Below are positions 52,469-62,202 of a DNA stretch of 64,000 nt, piece after piece. The notes beneath the pieces are model-generated. The model was not told the DNA's origin, ran no database searches, and was given only the letters and a program-made list of their open reading frames with translations. This stretch comes from Candidatus Gygaella obscura. GTDB taxonomy: Bacteria; Omnitrophota; Gorgyraeia; Gygaellales; Gygaellaceae. The stretch is from assembly GCA_030765485.1 (NCBI GenBank), contig JAVCCR010000002.1, positions 12,288 through 76,287 on the forward strand, read 5' to 3'. Made by a program: the position numbers and the translations under genes. Position 1 is the stretch's first letter. Each line of letters begins with the position of its first letter.

Positions 52469-53593
52469 TTAAAAACTTGATTCCAGGGTTTTATTTTCTA
52501 AATCTTCAACTTCTTTCTTTAATTCCTGAGGAAGCCCTAAAACATCAACATCCATAAATCCCCTCACGATTATCGACTGGGCCTGATTTTTAGTAAAACC
52601 CCTGGAACAAAGATATTCTATCTCTTCGTTGTTAATTTTTCCTATTGCTGCTTCATGAGACATATTTACATCTCTATAATCTGATTCCATCTCAGGCACT
52701 GCATGTATCGTTCCTCTTTGCGAAATAATAAGACCCCGACATTCAAGATGAGCCTTTACCTGCGGAGCTTCAGCCTTTAAATGACCTCTAGCAATAACCT
52801 TTCCTCCTAAACTTATTGCTCGAGAAACAACTTCTGCCTGTGTGTTTTTAGCCTTAAAAACCACGCGCGAACCAATATCATGCAATGAATCCGGATGCGA
52901 TAATATCAATGAATTAAAACTTGCTCTGGCATATGCACCTTTTAATACTGCTGTAGGATACATCTTAATATCTTTTACCGGTTTCAATGATATGTAGTTA
53001 GAAATAAACGTGGCATTTTCTTCAACCATAGCAACACTCATCGGCCTTACAGAGATATCTTCTTTCCATGAATGTATCATTGTAAAATTAAGATAAGCTC
53101 CCCGATTTACGAAAAATTCCGAAATGCCCAAATGATGCGCATCAGAAGCAGCCTTCGACGCAGAACATCCCGTAATCAAATAAACTCTGGCTCCCTCTTC
53201 TATAACTATTACATTGTGCACCCTTTGCTTAAAGGACTTCTTCTTTAAAAAAAGACATGCCTGTATAGGCAGATTTAAAACAGTTCCCTTTTTCACCCTA
53301 ATAAAATAACCGCCTTTTGTATCTTTGGGAAAATCTTTTTTCAAATCCTTAAACGCTCTAGTATAGTATTTTTTTGCATCCGGAATTTTCTTTAAAGCTG
53401 TTTCAATATCCATAATATCCAAGCCGTCATACAAGCTATGCATAAACTCTATTTTATTGTCAGACTGCAAAAAGCTTCCTGAGCGCCCCCTTTGGGTAAA
53501 ATCCATCCCTGAAGAAGCAATAGACTTCAAATCCTGCTTTTCTAAGTCCGGCTTAAGAACTTTTTCTGATAAGGCAGTCTTTACATTTTTCAT
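52469..53593 (-). CDS. sufB: Fe-S cluster assembly scaffold SufB/SufD family protein
   Basis: Beta-helix SufBD fold, length about 374 aa. Paired with sufC. Confidence 0.8.
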   Translation of the reverse strand: MKNVKTALSEKVLKPDLEKQDLKSIASSGMDFTQRGRSGSFLQSDNKIEFMHSLYDGLDIMDIETALKKIPDAKKYYTRAFKDLKKDFPKDTKGGYFIRVKKGTVLNLPIQACLFLKKKSFKQRVHNVIVIEEGARVYLITGCSASKAASDAHHLGISEFFVNRGAYLNFTMIHSWKEDISVRPMSVAMVEENATFISNYISLKPVKDIKMYPTAVLKGAYARASFNSLILSHPDSLHDIGSRVVFKAKNTQAEVVSRAISLGGKVIARGHLKAEAPQVKAHLECRGLIISQRGTIHAVPEMESDYRDVNMSHEAAIGKINNEEIEYLCSRGFTKNQAQSIIVRGFMDVDVLGLPQELKKEVEDLENKTLESSF

Positions 53594-54275
53594 AACCTAT
53601 CTCTTTTATCCTTTCAAACATATGTTTGGGATTTCCCACGCACCAAAGCTTACCTTCAATCATAACAGCCCCCTTCTGGGCATTTATATAATCTAAAATA
53701 TAACCGGTGTGAGTTATCATAAGTGCAGACTTTTTCAAACTGGTGATATACTCACCTAACACTTTACCCATAATAGAAATATTCTCTATATCCACCCCTG
53801 ATTCTGGCTCATCAAGACAAAGAAAATTGGAATTCTGTAGTATTATCTGAAACAACTCAGACCTTTTCATTTCTCCTCCGGAAAAACCCTGATTCAGATC
53901 CCTGTCAAGATGTTGCGTAAGAGATAGTTTCTCAGCCAGGTTCTTTATCTTTGATTCATCTTGGGTTAAGAAACGAGCTATCTGATGCAGCTTGACCCCA
54001 GTTATACGTGCTGGATGCTGATAAATGATTCCCAAGCCCAGTTTAGCTCGCTCATCAATACTAAGGTTATTCACCTTTCTGCCTTCAAAAATAATCTCTC
54101 CTTTGGTTATCTTATAACCGCTAAACCCCATTATCGCCCTTAAAAGCGTGGTCTTACCACTTCCATTAGGACCAAACAGCACCATAACCTCATCTTTATC
54201 AATAGAAAGGTTAATATCTTTTATTATTGTCTTTGACTCTACCTCAACTGTAAGATTTCTAATTTCAAAAAACAT
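53553..54275 (-). CDS. sufC: Fe-S cluster assembly ATPase SufC
   Basis: Walker A GPNGSGKTT, signature FSGGEMKRSE, Walker B LCLDEPESG. Confidence 0.88.
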   Translation of the reverse strand: MFFEIRNLTVEVESKTIIKDINLSIDKDEVMVLFGPNGSGKTTLLRAIMGFSGYKITKGEIIFEGRKVNNLSIDERAKLGLGIIYQHPARITGVKLHQIARFLTQDESKIKNLAEKLSLTQHLDRDLNQGFSGGEMKRSELFQIILQNSNFLCLDEPESGVDIENISIMGKVLGEYITSLKKSALMITHTGYILDYINAQKGAVMIEGKLWCVGNPKHMFERIKEIGYEKCKDCLIRKSS

Positions 54276-54287
54276 TTTATTTTTTAA

Positions 54288-54509
54288 TTAAACAGCGATT
54301 ACCTCTTTTACTCCAGGCACTTCTTTCTTAAGTGTCTGCTCAATACCCATCTTTAAAGTCATCTGACTCATAGGACAACTTCCACAGGCACCGGTTAATC
54401 TTACCTTAACTACCCCCTCACTAGTTATCTCAACCAATTCAACGCTTCCCCCGTCTGCCTGAAGCATTGGCTTAATACTGTTTAAAACAGCTTCAACTTT
54501 TTCTTTCAT
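54288..54509 (-). CDS. NifU-like (Nfu-type) Fe-S cluster carrier domain protein
   Basis: [21 protein letters not shown] CxxC motif of the NifU C-terminal domain. 73 aa. Confidence 0.75.
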   Translation of the reverse strand: MKEKVEAVLNSIKPMLQADGGSVELVEITSEGVVKVRLTGACGSCPMSQMTLKMGIEQTLKKEVPGVKEVIAV

Positions 54510-54934
54510 TTCTTTCTCCCTTTTTTCTTATCCTTTAAAAATGAACCTATAGTAACAGTTTCTAATTCCCTTATGACTATTTTTTCAATATGATCAATTT
54601 TCATCTTTAAAGCACAAGTACTTTGGTTTGAACAAAGTTTCTTTCTAAAAAAACATTCGCTTATTTTTAGTCTCCCCTGGAAAATATTGGCTATATCAAT
54701 CAATAATATCTTTTTAGGATCAACTTCTAAACAAAACCCGCCTTCCTTGCCTTTAAAAGATTTAAATATTTTTTTCTTACTTAAAATCTGTAATATTTTC
54801 CTTAAAAAAGCTCTGGGTATATTTGTTCCTTTAAAAAACTTCTCTACAGAAATAATATCCTCTTTGCTTTTTGCTGCAAAAAGAATCGCACCTACTGCAT
54901 AGGCTGTATGTCTTGTGATGAGTTTCATTTTCAA
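54506..54934 (-). CDS. Rrf2-family transcriptional regulator (IscR-like)
   Basis: N-terminal wHTH typical of Rrf2 ([11 protein letters not shown]...ISVEKF) and three Cys (C...C.....C) for a possible Fe-S sensor. Heads the suf-SOR operon. Confidence 0.75.
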   Translation of the reverse strand: MKMKLITRHTAYAVGAILFAAKSKEDIISVEKFFKGTNIPRAFLRKILQILSKKKIFKSFKGKEGGFCLEVDPKKILLIDIANIFQGRLKISECFFRKKLCSNQSTCALKMKIDHIEKIVIRELETVTIGSFLKDKKKGRKK

Positions 54935-55111
54935 TAAATCCCTTAATAAATTATTGGGTAGTTTAATGTCATGCCCAGGACCAAATATTACAGCCTTCTT
55001 TGCAGTGTGACACAGGCCGTAGCATATATCTAACTGTTATATCCATGTCTTAGCCCTCCCAGAAAAGGATACCATATTAGTATCATTTGTCAAGATATCT
55101 TTATAATTTTC

Positions 55112-56380
55112 CTATCTCCACACAAACCAGACAAATACAGAAGCAGCCAATGTTGCAGCAATAGTAAAAGGTAATCCTATAGAAACAAACTTCTTAAAAC
55201 TAACGCTATATCCCTCTTTTTTCAATATGCCGCAGGCAACTATATTAGCAGATGCTCCGATAGGAGTAATATTACCACCAAGGCTCGCGCCAATAAGAAG
55301 AGCGAATAAAAATAAGGTCGGATTCATATTTAACTTATCGGAAATTCCTATAGCCACTGGCAACATAGCAGCCAGAAAAGGAACATTATCAATAAAAGCT
55401 GAAAAAATAACGGAAAAAACTATCAATAGCACAAACCCCAGTAATATATTTGTACCGATTATCCCAGAAATCTTTAAAGATATAATATCAATCCAACCGT
55501 TGATCCCAAGGCTTCCTACAAGGATAAAAATTGCTAATAAAAACAAAAGGGTATTCCAGTCTAATCCTTTGATATTTTCTAAAATACCTTTTTTTAAGAA
55601 AAACTTTTTGTACGCTAAACTAACTAAAGCAAAAACCATACACAAAGCGCCCGCCATATAGGAAAACTCTAAGTCAATAAAAGAGGTTAAAGCTAGTAGT
55701 ATAATCAATATAACCAAAATCCCTGTTGGTACCCAGGAATTAACCTTTTCTAAAGGTAAAGAAGAAAATTTTTGCTGGTGAGATTTAAAAACAAAATATA
55801 AAACAACAAAAGAAACCAAAGCACCCAACTCCACTGCAAAGAAAATGCTTGGCTTCCCCTGATAAAAAAAGAAATGAGCAAAATTCATTTTGGCAAATCC
55901 ACCTAAAAGCATACTTGGTGGATCCCCTACTAATGTCGCAGCACCTTGCAGATTGCTTGATATAGCAATTGCAATCATCATCTTAATTGGATTAAAATTA
56001 AGCTTTTTGGCCATAGCTAAAGCTATGGGAGCAATAATCATAACCGTTGCCACATTCTCCAAAAATGCTGACAGAATACCTGTTAAAGCACAAATAAATA
56101 AAATCGCATAACTAATATTTTTAGAGCGATTTACGATTATTTCTGCAAGATATGCGGGAACTCTACTTTCCATAAATATATCAGCAATAAAAAGCATTCC
56201 CACAAAAATACCCAAAACATTCCAATTTACAGAGAAAAAAGCATCTTTTAAAGAAAGACATCCCGTAAACAACAGTATCAAAACTGCAAGCACTGATACA
56301 AAAGTCCTTTTTTTAATAAATAACACTACAAAAAAGTAAGCAGTTACAAAAATAATAATATTTAATAATTTTATATCCAT
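55112..56380 (-). CDS. ArsB/NhaD-superfamily anion/cation permease
   Basis: About 12 TM segments with an internal repeat and GDPPS-like motif, the CitMHS/ArsB/NhaD fold. Last gene of the rSAM-U32-GT operon. Confidence 0.65.
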   Translation of the reverse strand: MDIKLLNIIIFVTAYFFVVLFIKKRTFVSVLAVLILLFTGCLSLKDAFFSVNWNVLGIFVGMLFIADIFMESRVPAYLAEIIVNRSKNISYAILFICALTGILSAFLENVATVMIIAPIALAMAKKLNFNPIKMMIAIAISSNLQGAATLVGDPPSMLLGGFAKMNFAHFFFYQGKPSIFFAVELGALVSFVVLYFVFKSHQQKFSSLPLEKVNSWVPTGILVILIILLALTSFIDLEFSYMAGALCMVFALVSLAYKKFFLKKGILENIKGLDWNTLLFLLAIFILVGSLGINGWIDIISLKISGIIGTNILLGFVLLIVFSVIFSAFIDNVPFLAAMLPVAIGISDKLNMNPTLFLFALLIGASLGGNITPIGASANIVACGILKKEGYSVSFKKFVSIGLPFTIAATLAASVFVWFVWR

Positions 56381-56403
56381 TTTATAAAAGTTGTTCCATA
56401 ACC

Positions 56404-57393
56404 CTAATTAAGATTTTTTTTACAAATAGCCTTTAAAACAGTAACTAAACTTAATAAAACAGAAAAAAACAATGAAACTATAAAAATACGGTTAAATCCC
56501 TTAATAAGCATAGTAGCACTTATACACCAAAATAAAGTTATAGAATAAATTAATAAAAGCACCGTTTTCTTACTGTATCCTTTAGATAAAAGATGCAGGA
56601 ATATATGATCAGGGCTCTTTTTTAACGGATGAATTCTATTTTTTATTCTTGCAAAAACAAGATATGTTGTATCCATAATAGGTACTGCTAAAGCTAAAAT
56701 AGGTATAAACAAAGACACCTTATTATCTAAAGAAGCATAATCCTGTTGAATGCATAAAACTGCAATGACAAACCCCAGAAAGTGACTTCCTGAATTGCCC
56801 ATAAAAATCTTTGCTGACGGAAAATTAAAAAACAAAAAAACTATTAATGAAGGTAAGAGACTCAATAATAAGAATATTGATAGGTAGTCTGATTTTAATA
56901 ACGCTATAATTAATAAAGAAATGCAAATTATAAAACTAACTCCTCCACACAGACCGTCTTCTATGTCTAGAAGATTAAATGCATTGATTATACCGACTAT
57001 CCATATGAATGAAATAGCATAATTTAACCAGGCAGGCAGAAAATAGATTTGAACTTTTTTTGCAAACAAAAGAAATAAAGAAACTATACATACCTGCACA
57101 AATATCCTTGCCCTGAGAGAAAGATCTTTAAAATCATCAATTGTTTCAATAAAAACAATTAAAAAAGCAAAAGATAAAAACCATAAAACCTGAAATGATA
57201 CCAGAAAATTAACCAAAAATAATATAACTATAAAAGATATAAAAAACGACAAAAATATCGCTAAACCTCCAGTAAATGGAATTTTTCTTGCTTTACCAAA
57301 TAAAGCAAATTTATTACCAAATTTTTTAGCGAGATTTAATAAGATTACGCTTAAAATAAGATTAAATAAAATTAAAAATACTAATTTCATCAT
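56404..57393 (-). CDS. Polyprenyl-phosphate N-acetylhexosamine-1-phosphate transferase (MraY/WecA/WbpL family)
   Basis: IDDFKD (DDxxD), NAFNLLDIEDGLCGG, IFMGNSGSHFLG and a C-terminal DHIFLHLL motif. Confidence 0.75.
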   Translation of the reverse strand: MMKLVFLILFNLILSVILLNLAKKFGNKFALFGKARKIPFTGGLAIFLSFFISFIVILFLVNFLVSFQVLWFLSFAFLIVFIETIDDFKDLSLRARIFVQVCIVSLFLLFAKKVQIYFLPAWLNYAISFIWIVGIINAFNLLDIEDGLCGGVSFIICISLLIIALLKSDYLSIFLLLSLLPSLIVFLFFNFPSAKIFMGNSGSHFLGFVIAVLCIQQDYASLDNKVSLFIPILALAVPIMDTTYLVFARIKNRIHPLKKSPDHIFLHLLSKGYSKKTVLLLIYSITLFWCISATMLIKGFNRIFIVSLFFSVLLSLVTVLKAICKKNLN

Positions 57394-57422
57394 AATTTAT
57401 TCTAACACAAGAAGTTATTTAT

Positions 57423-58547
57423 TCAATAAAGAAGACTATAAAAAGCATGTAACTGATTAATCATTCTTTCACGGCTCCAAACCGAAATATCTGTCCCTAA
57501 TCTATACTCTATAACATCTCTCTGCCAATTAGAGTAATGATTCAATATATTCAAACATGCCTCTTTTATGCTTATTGTATCCTTTATGCCTACTATCCTT
57601 CCATTCTTACCATCTTTTATTAATTCTCTGACTGCTCCCGTATCAGTGGTAACAACCGGTAATCCTACAGCTACTGCTTCAATCAAAGAAACGGGTAATC
57701 CTTCCCATAACGAAGTAAGTAATAGCAATGATGCATCTTTATAATATGGCTCGATCTCTTTTTGCCAACCTACCAATTGAATGTTATTATCTAAACCATC
57801 TTTCTTAATATTTTTTTTAATCGCCCTAAACATTGGTCCATTTCCGATAACAATAAATCTAACATCTGAAATTTTACTTATAATTAACCTTGCTACATTT
57901 AAAAAATCTTTCAGCCCCTTTTGTTTTTTAAAGGAAGATACAACTATAATTTTTTTGTTGTCTATAAAGCTCTCTCTTCTAAAGGTTAACGTGGGAGAAA
58001 ATTTATCAATATCAATACCATAATAAATCAATTCCAGCTTATTGATCTTTGTTATACGGCTATCAATAGCGAATTTAAAATCGGCTTTCGATACAACAAC
58101 TATTTTATTTGTAATCTTGGCACTTATAAATTCAATAAACCAATATAACCAATATGAAAAAAAATTCATCAATTTATGAAACGGCCAACCGTGAACTGTA
58201 TAAATAATATTTTTTACTCCTGCAAAATATGCAGCCCAACGACCTAAAACTGATGCCTTAGGAGAATGAACATGAACAATATCAAAACTATGATTTTTCG
58301 TATATCTATATATGTGGACAAAAGCAAGTATATCAAAGAATAAATTTATTTCCCTTCGCAAATAAGGACTTAGCTTTAATGAAATTCCTTTTACTTTTTT
58401 GAACTCCTCAACAAGATAACCTTCAGATCCGGATATCAGATGTATATCGTATAAATCTTTGTTTAAATACTGCAGAATGGATAAAAGTTGCTTCTGCGCT
58501 CCCCCAAGCTCTAGATAAGTAATAATAAACAGGATTTTTTTCTTCAA
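57423..58547 (-). CDS. Glycosyltransferase family 4 (GT-B, retaining)
   Basis: GT4 N-terminus (ELGGAQKQLLSIL) and C-terminal E-x7-E region (SLWEGLPVSLIEAVAVGLPVV). Confidence 0.8.
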   Translation of the reverse strand: MKKKILFIITYLELGGAQKQLLSILQYLNKDLYDIHLISGSEGYLVEEFKKVKGISLKLSPYLRREINLFFDILAFVHIYRYTKNHSFDIVHVHSPKASVLGRWAAYFAGVKNIIYTVHGWPFHKLMNFFSYWLYWFIEFISAKITNKIVVVSKADFKFAIDSRITKINKLELIYYGIDIDKFSPTLTFRRESFIDNKKIIVVSSFKKQKGLKDFLNVARLIISKISDVRFIVIGNGPMFRAIKKNIKKDGLDNNIQLVGWQKEIEPYYKDASLLLLTSLWEGLPVSLIEAVAVGLPVVTTDTGAVRELIKDGKNGRIVGIKDTISIKEACLNILNHYSNWQRDVIEYRLGTDISVWSRERMINQLHAFYSLLY

Positions 58548-58559
58548 AACTTTATTTTC

Positions 58560-59402
58560 TTAAAACGGCAATTCCGGTTGAAAAACTGTTCTATCTGCCG
58601 AGCCTTTGATCAGCTCTGCTTTTAAAGGAATTTTATAGAATGTGGTATTCCCTCTTTTAAATAATGGAAAACCTAAATCATTAGGTTTTAAAATATCATA
58701 ATACCCAAGGCAATCTTTTTTACAAACTCCTATTCTGAATTTTCTTTGGTTTGGGGTATCCATAGGACAAAATCTACCTGTAGAAATATTAACAAACGGA
58801 TAATATAAAGTTTTTTTCAAAGAAATAGAATTCAAATTCACCCCTTGAACCAAATTATTTAATTCTACCCTATCTATTTTAAGCTTCTTTGCCAACCGAA
58901 AAAAATACTCAGTACCAACATATGAAGATTGCATGGCTTTTAAAAATTTTTTGTTTACTTCATGAAAAATAACAACAATCCTTCCATCACTTTTTTTTAT
59001 TGGCAGAATTTTCTGCTTATTAATAAAAAGTTGCATAAATGGGTCTCTTTGCTGCCTTGTTAATAGCCTGCCCAAAGATAAAGTAAACTTACCGGAAAAT
59101 TCTCTATTCAACAAATAAATACTCCCCCAATCATTGACAACTACCTCATATCTTTTTCTTTGTTTTCTTAATAATAAAATGGTGTTACGTAATTTATCTA
59201 TATTTTTTCCTGTAAAAAATGGTGTGATTAAAGTAAACTCTATCCTATTACAACAACAAAAATTAATAATCTTTTTAGTATCTGATAATGATGGAAATAA
59301 ATTTTGACAGAACTCAACCCCCCAATAAATCCTTGAGAACTTATTACGTTTAAAATATTTAAGCTGACTGTAGCTGTTAATCAAAATTGCTTTTTCTGTC
59401 AT
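58560..59402 (-). CDS. Peptidase U32-family protein, short paralogue (UbiV-like?) with Cys cluster
   Basis: TIM-barrel-like U32 N-terminal pattern (RIYWGVEFC...YEVVVNDWG) and a Cx14Cx3C cluster (CPMDTPNQRKFRIGVCKKDC). ATGA overlap with the upstream U32 gene. Confidence 0.55.
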   Translation of the reverse strand: MTEKAILINSYSQLKYFKRNKFSRIYWGVEFCQNLFPSLSDTKKIINFCCCNRIEFTLITPFFTGKNIDKLRNTILLLRKQRKRYEVVVNDWGSIYLLNREFSGKFTLSLGRLLTRQQRDPFMQLFINKQKILPIKKSDGRIVVIFHEVNKKFLKAMQSSYVGTEYFFRLAKKLKIDRVELNNLVQGVNLNSISLKKTLYYPFVNISTGRFCPMDTPNQRKFRIGVCKKDCLGYYDILKPNDLGFPLFKRGNTTFYKIPLKAELIKGSADRTVFQPELPF

Positions 59403-60427
59403 TTCTTCTTTTTAATTAAAGCGCTTGGATAATAGCAATAATCATAAGGTTTGCATCTAAATTTAAACATTCGCTTAAATAATTCTTTGCATCTCTCTAT
59501 ATATTCCTCTTTAGAAAGGCCATTATTTTTTAAGAAAGATAGAGACTCCTTAATAAATCGAGTTGATATAACCTTTTCTTCCATTGGAAGGTTTCTGTCT
59601 AAAATTTTTACATGCGTTACTCCAATATTGTTAAAATCAAACAGCGCACACGCACCACAGCCATAAATTCTTTTTTTATTCCAAAAACTGTACTTACTCT
59701 TTTGCTCTATTTTATTTTTAGTAACTCTCACTTTATTCATTAAAGACCTGCATCCACCTCTTTCTTTATTGGGTAATTTCTGCGATGAAAAAAACATTAC
59801 TTTATTACTTTTGTTTTTAAGGTTAAGCAAATGATTGTCATTTGCGGTTTCTTTACAAAAAGCACAAAACCCATCCACAAAAAAACAAAGATCATTTATT
59901 ATAAATACTTCGTATTCTATATTTTTATCATAACTAATTATTTGTTCTATCTCTTTTATGGTGGTTGCTCTTGGTATTACAACTCTCGTTGCTCCAAATC
60001 CTTTAAAAAAACTACAAGAGTAATGATTAAATACGGTTGCATCTGTACCAACTATAACATCTTTATCTTTAAGAAGTTTTCTGCTTAAAGAAATCAATAC
60101 AGGATCAGCAAAAATTATCCCGTCTGCACCTAAATCTAATATAACCCTAATGATTTCATTTGCTAATTTATACTGCCCTTCCAAATAAAAAAACCCGTTC
60201 ATAGCCACATGCACCTTAGATTTTAATTTATGTGCATCCTTAATAGCTAACTCAAGCTCCTTAAAACTTTGAAAATTACCTGATTGACCACGCTGATTAA
60301 TAGCTAGTGATTTAAAACTCTTTCGCCAAACAGAAGGCTGCACGCCACAAAAAAACTCGTTTGCTCCCGATTCCACTAAAATCTCTACTTCTTCTTTTCT
60401 CGTCAAAGGAGATTTAATTTTTATCAT
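59399..60427 (-). CDS. Peptidase U32-family protein (RlhA/TrhP/UbiU-type putative Fe-S enzyme)
   Basis: EEVEILVESGANEFFCGV...KVHVAMNGFF...LDLGADGIIFADPVLISLSRK...GATRVVIPRATTIKEIEQI aligns to the U32 core. Cys cluster DLCFFVDGFCAFC plus further Cys. Confidence 0.7.
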   Translation of the reverse strand: MIKIKSPLTRKEEVEILVESGANEFFCGVQPSVWRKSFKSLAINQRGQSGNFQSFKELELAIKDAHKLKSKVHVAMNGFFYLEGQYKLANEIIRVILDLGADGIIFADPVLISLSRKLLKDKDVIVGTDATVFNHYSCSFFKGFGATRVVIPRATTIKEIEQIISYDKNIEYEVFIINDLCFFVDGFCAFCKETANDNHLLNLKNKSNKVMFFSSQKLPNKERGGCRSLMNKVRVTKNKIEQKSKYSFWNKKRIYGCGACALFDFNNIGVTHVKILDRNLPMEEKVISTRFIKESLSFLKNNGLSKEEYIERCKELFKRMFKFRCKPYDYCYYPSALIKKKK

Positions 60428-60447
60428 TATCTTATTAAAATTATTAG

Positions 60448-62202
60448 TTAAGCTGGTTTGTTAAAAAGCTGGGCATACTCAGGATTATTATCCAAAAACC
60501 AGCTATGCGTACCATTAAAGATATTGCCATTATCAGATAAAAAGTATACTGAATCCATTTTTTCTACAGTATTTATTCTATGTGAAACAATTATTATAGT
60601 AGAATTAGGAAAATCATGCTTAAGGTTATCGATTATTTTACTTTCCGTATCTGTATCAATTGAGGACATTGCTTCATCAAGAATTATTATTTTTGGTTGC
60701 TTGATTATTGCCCTAGCTATAGCTATCCTCTGCTTTTGTCCCTGTGAAAGCTTACAGGCATTATCCCCAATATTAGTTTCATACCCATCAGGTAAAGAAA
60801 CAATAAATTCATCAACTTCTGCAAGACGAGCAGACAATTTAACCTCTTCTTTTGAAGCATGCGGTTTAGCAAACCTTATATTATTAATAATTGTATCATT
60901 AAACAAAAATGGCTCCTGAAGAGCAATGCCAATATGCTCTCTTAAACATTTAAAATTTAATCTTTTTATATCATAATCGGATACTGAAATACAGCCTGTC
61001 TTTATTTGGAATAATCTCAAAATCAATAATAAAATAGTTGTTTTTCCGCGTCCGGAATATCCAACCAAAGCAATCTTAACACAATCATCAATTACAAAAG
61101 ATAAATCTTTTAAAATCAATTTATCATTATTGTAAGCAAAAGTTACATTATTAAACTCAATTCTGCCGTTTTTTAATAAAACTGATAGCGTACCATAATC
61201 ATCATTAGCTCGATTGTCCTCTTGCAGAATCTTATCAAGCCTTTCACATGAAACTGAGGCAAAAACTGAACTTTGGTAGAGCCCAACGAATGAATAATTC
61301 ATATTAATAAGCTGATTTAAATATATCAATATAGCAGTAAGGCTCCCTAGGGTCATATCGGCATTAAAAACCCTAACTCCTCCATAAAGAATTATAAGAC
61401 CTATTGCAGCACGACTTAATAAAGCAGAAAGAAAATCACAAATAGCCTCTAATCTAAAGGTTGACTTTTTGAGCCGGCAGAATTTAATTAGCTTTCGGAT
61501 TAGAGCATGGCTTTCTTCAAGTTCTTTTGCAAAAGCCTTAATAAGATAAATATTGGAAAAAATAGCGTACATCTTACTTATAATCTGTTCTTGAATTTCA
61601 ATTGTTTTATGCAAGATCTTCCTTAAAATCAATGTAAGAAAATAAGATGGTATGCATGTTAAGGGAATTAGAATAACTGCTAATAACGATAATTTCCAAT
61701 CTAAATAAAAAACAACACATAAAATTAAAATCAATTTTACTACCGATCTTATCATCTGTTGAATAGAATTTATTATGAATCCAGATACGGTCTCAATGTC
61801 ATAAGAAAGCTTATAAATATTTTCTCCTATCGATGAATCCTGGAAGAAAACAAGTTCTAATCTTGTAATTATCTTAATAAACTTTTGCTTTATATCAAAA
61901 TTAACCTTCAACGCAATATTCTTGTTTATAATTGATTCTACGGCTGTTAAAAGAAGTTTAACAAGCAAAATTATTCCAATACCAACAGCCAATATTAACA
62001 ATAAATTAAGATTTCTCTGAGGATATGCCTGATCAATTATCAACTTAGATAAATATGGATTTACAAGACCAAGCAACACAACAATTAAACCTATAAATAT
62101 AGCTAAGCCTTTTATCTTCCAATAAGGCAACATAAATCTTAAAAACTTTTTTAATTTCCCAATGTTTATCAATTTATAATTTATATCTTTGTGATCTAGC
62201 AT
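60448..62202 (-). CDS. Fused TMD-NBD ABC exporter (type I exporter; no N-terminal C39 peptidase domain)
   Basis: Six N-terminal TM helices, then Walker A GYSGRGKTT, signature LSQGQKQRIA, Walker B IILDEAMS. 584 aa. Confidence 0.85.
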   Translation of the reverse strand: MLDHKDINYKLINIGKLKKFLRFMLPYWKIKGLAIFIGLIVVLLGLVNPYLSKLIIDQAYPQRNLNLLLILAVGIGIILLVKLLLTAVESIINKNIALKVNFDIKQKFIKIITRLELVFFQDSSIGENIYKLSYDIETVSGFIINSIQQMIRSVVKLILILCVVFYLDWKLSLLAVILIPLTCIPSYFLTLILRKILHKTIEIQEQIISKMYAIFSNIYLIKAFAKELEESHALIRKLIKFCRLKKSTFRLEAICDFLSALLSRAAIGLIILYGGVRVFNADMTLGSLTAILIYLNQLINMNYSFVGLYQSSVFASVSCERLDKILQEDNRANDDYGTLSVLLKNGRIEFNNVTFAYNNDKLILKDLSFVIDDCVKIALVGYSGRGKTTILLLILRLFQIKTGCISVSDYDIKRLNFKCLREHIGIALQEPFLFNDTIINNIRFAKPHASKEEVKLSARLAEVDEFIVSLPDGYETNIGDNACKLSQGQKQRIAIARAIIKQPKIIILDEAMSSIDTDTESKIIDNLKHDFPNSTIIIVSHRINTVEKMDSVYFLSDNGNIFNGTHSWFLDNNPEYAQLFNKPA

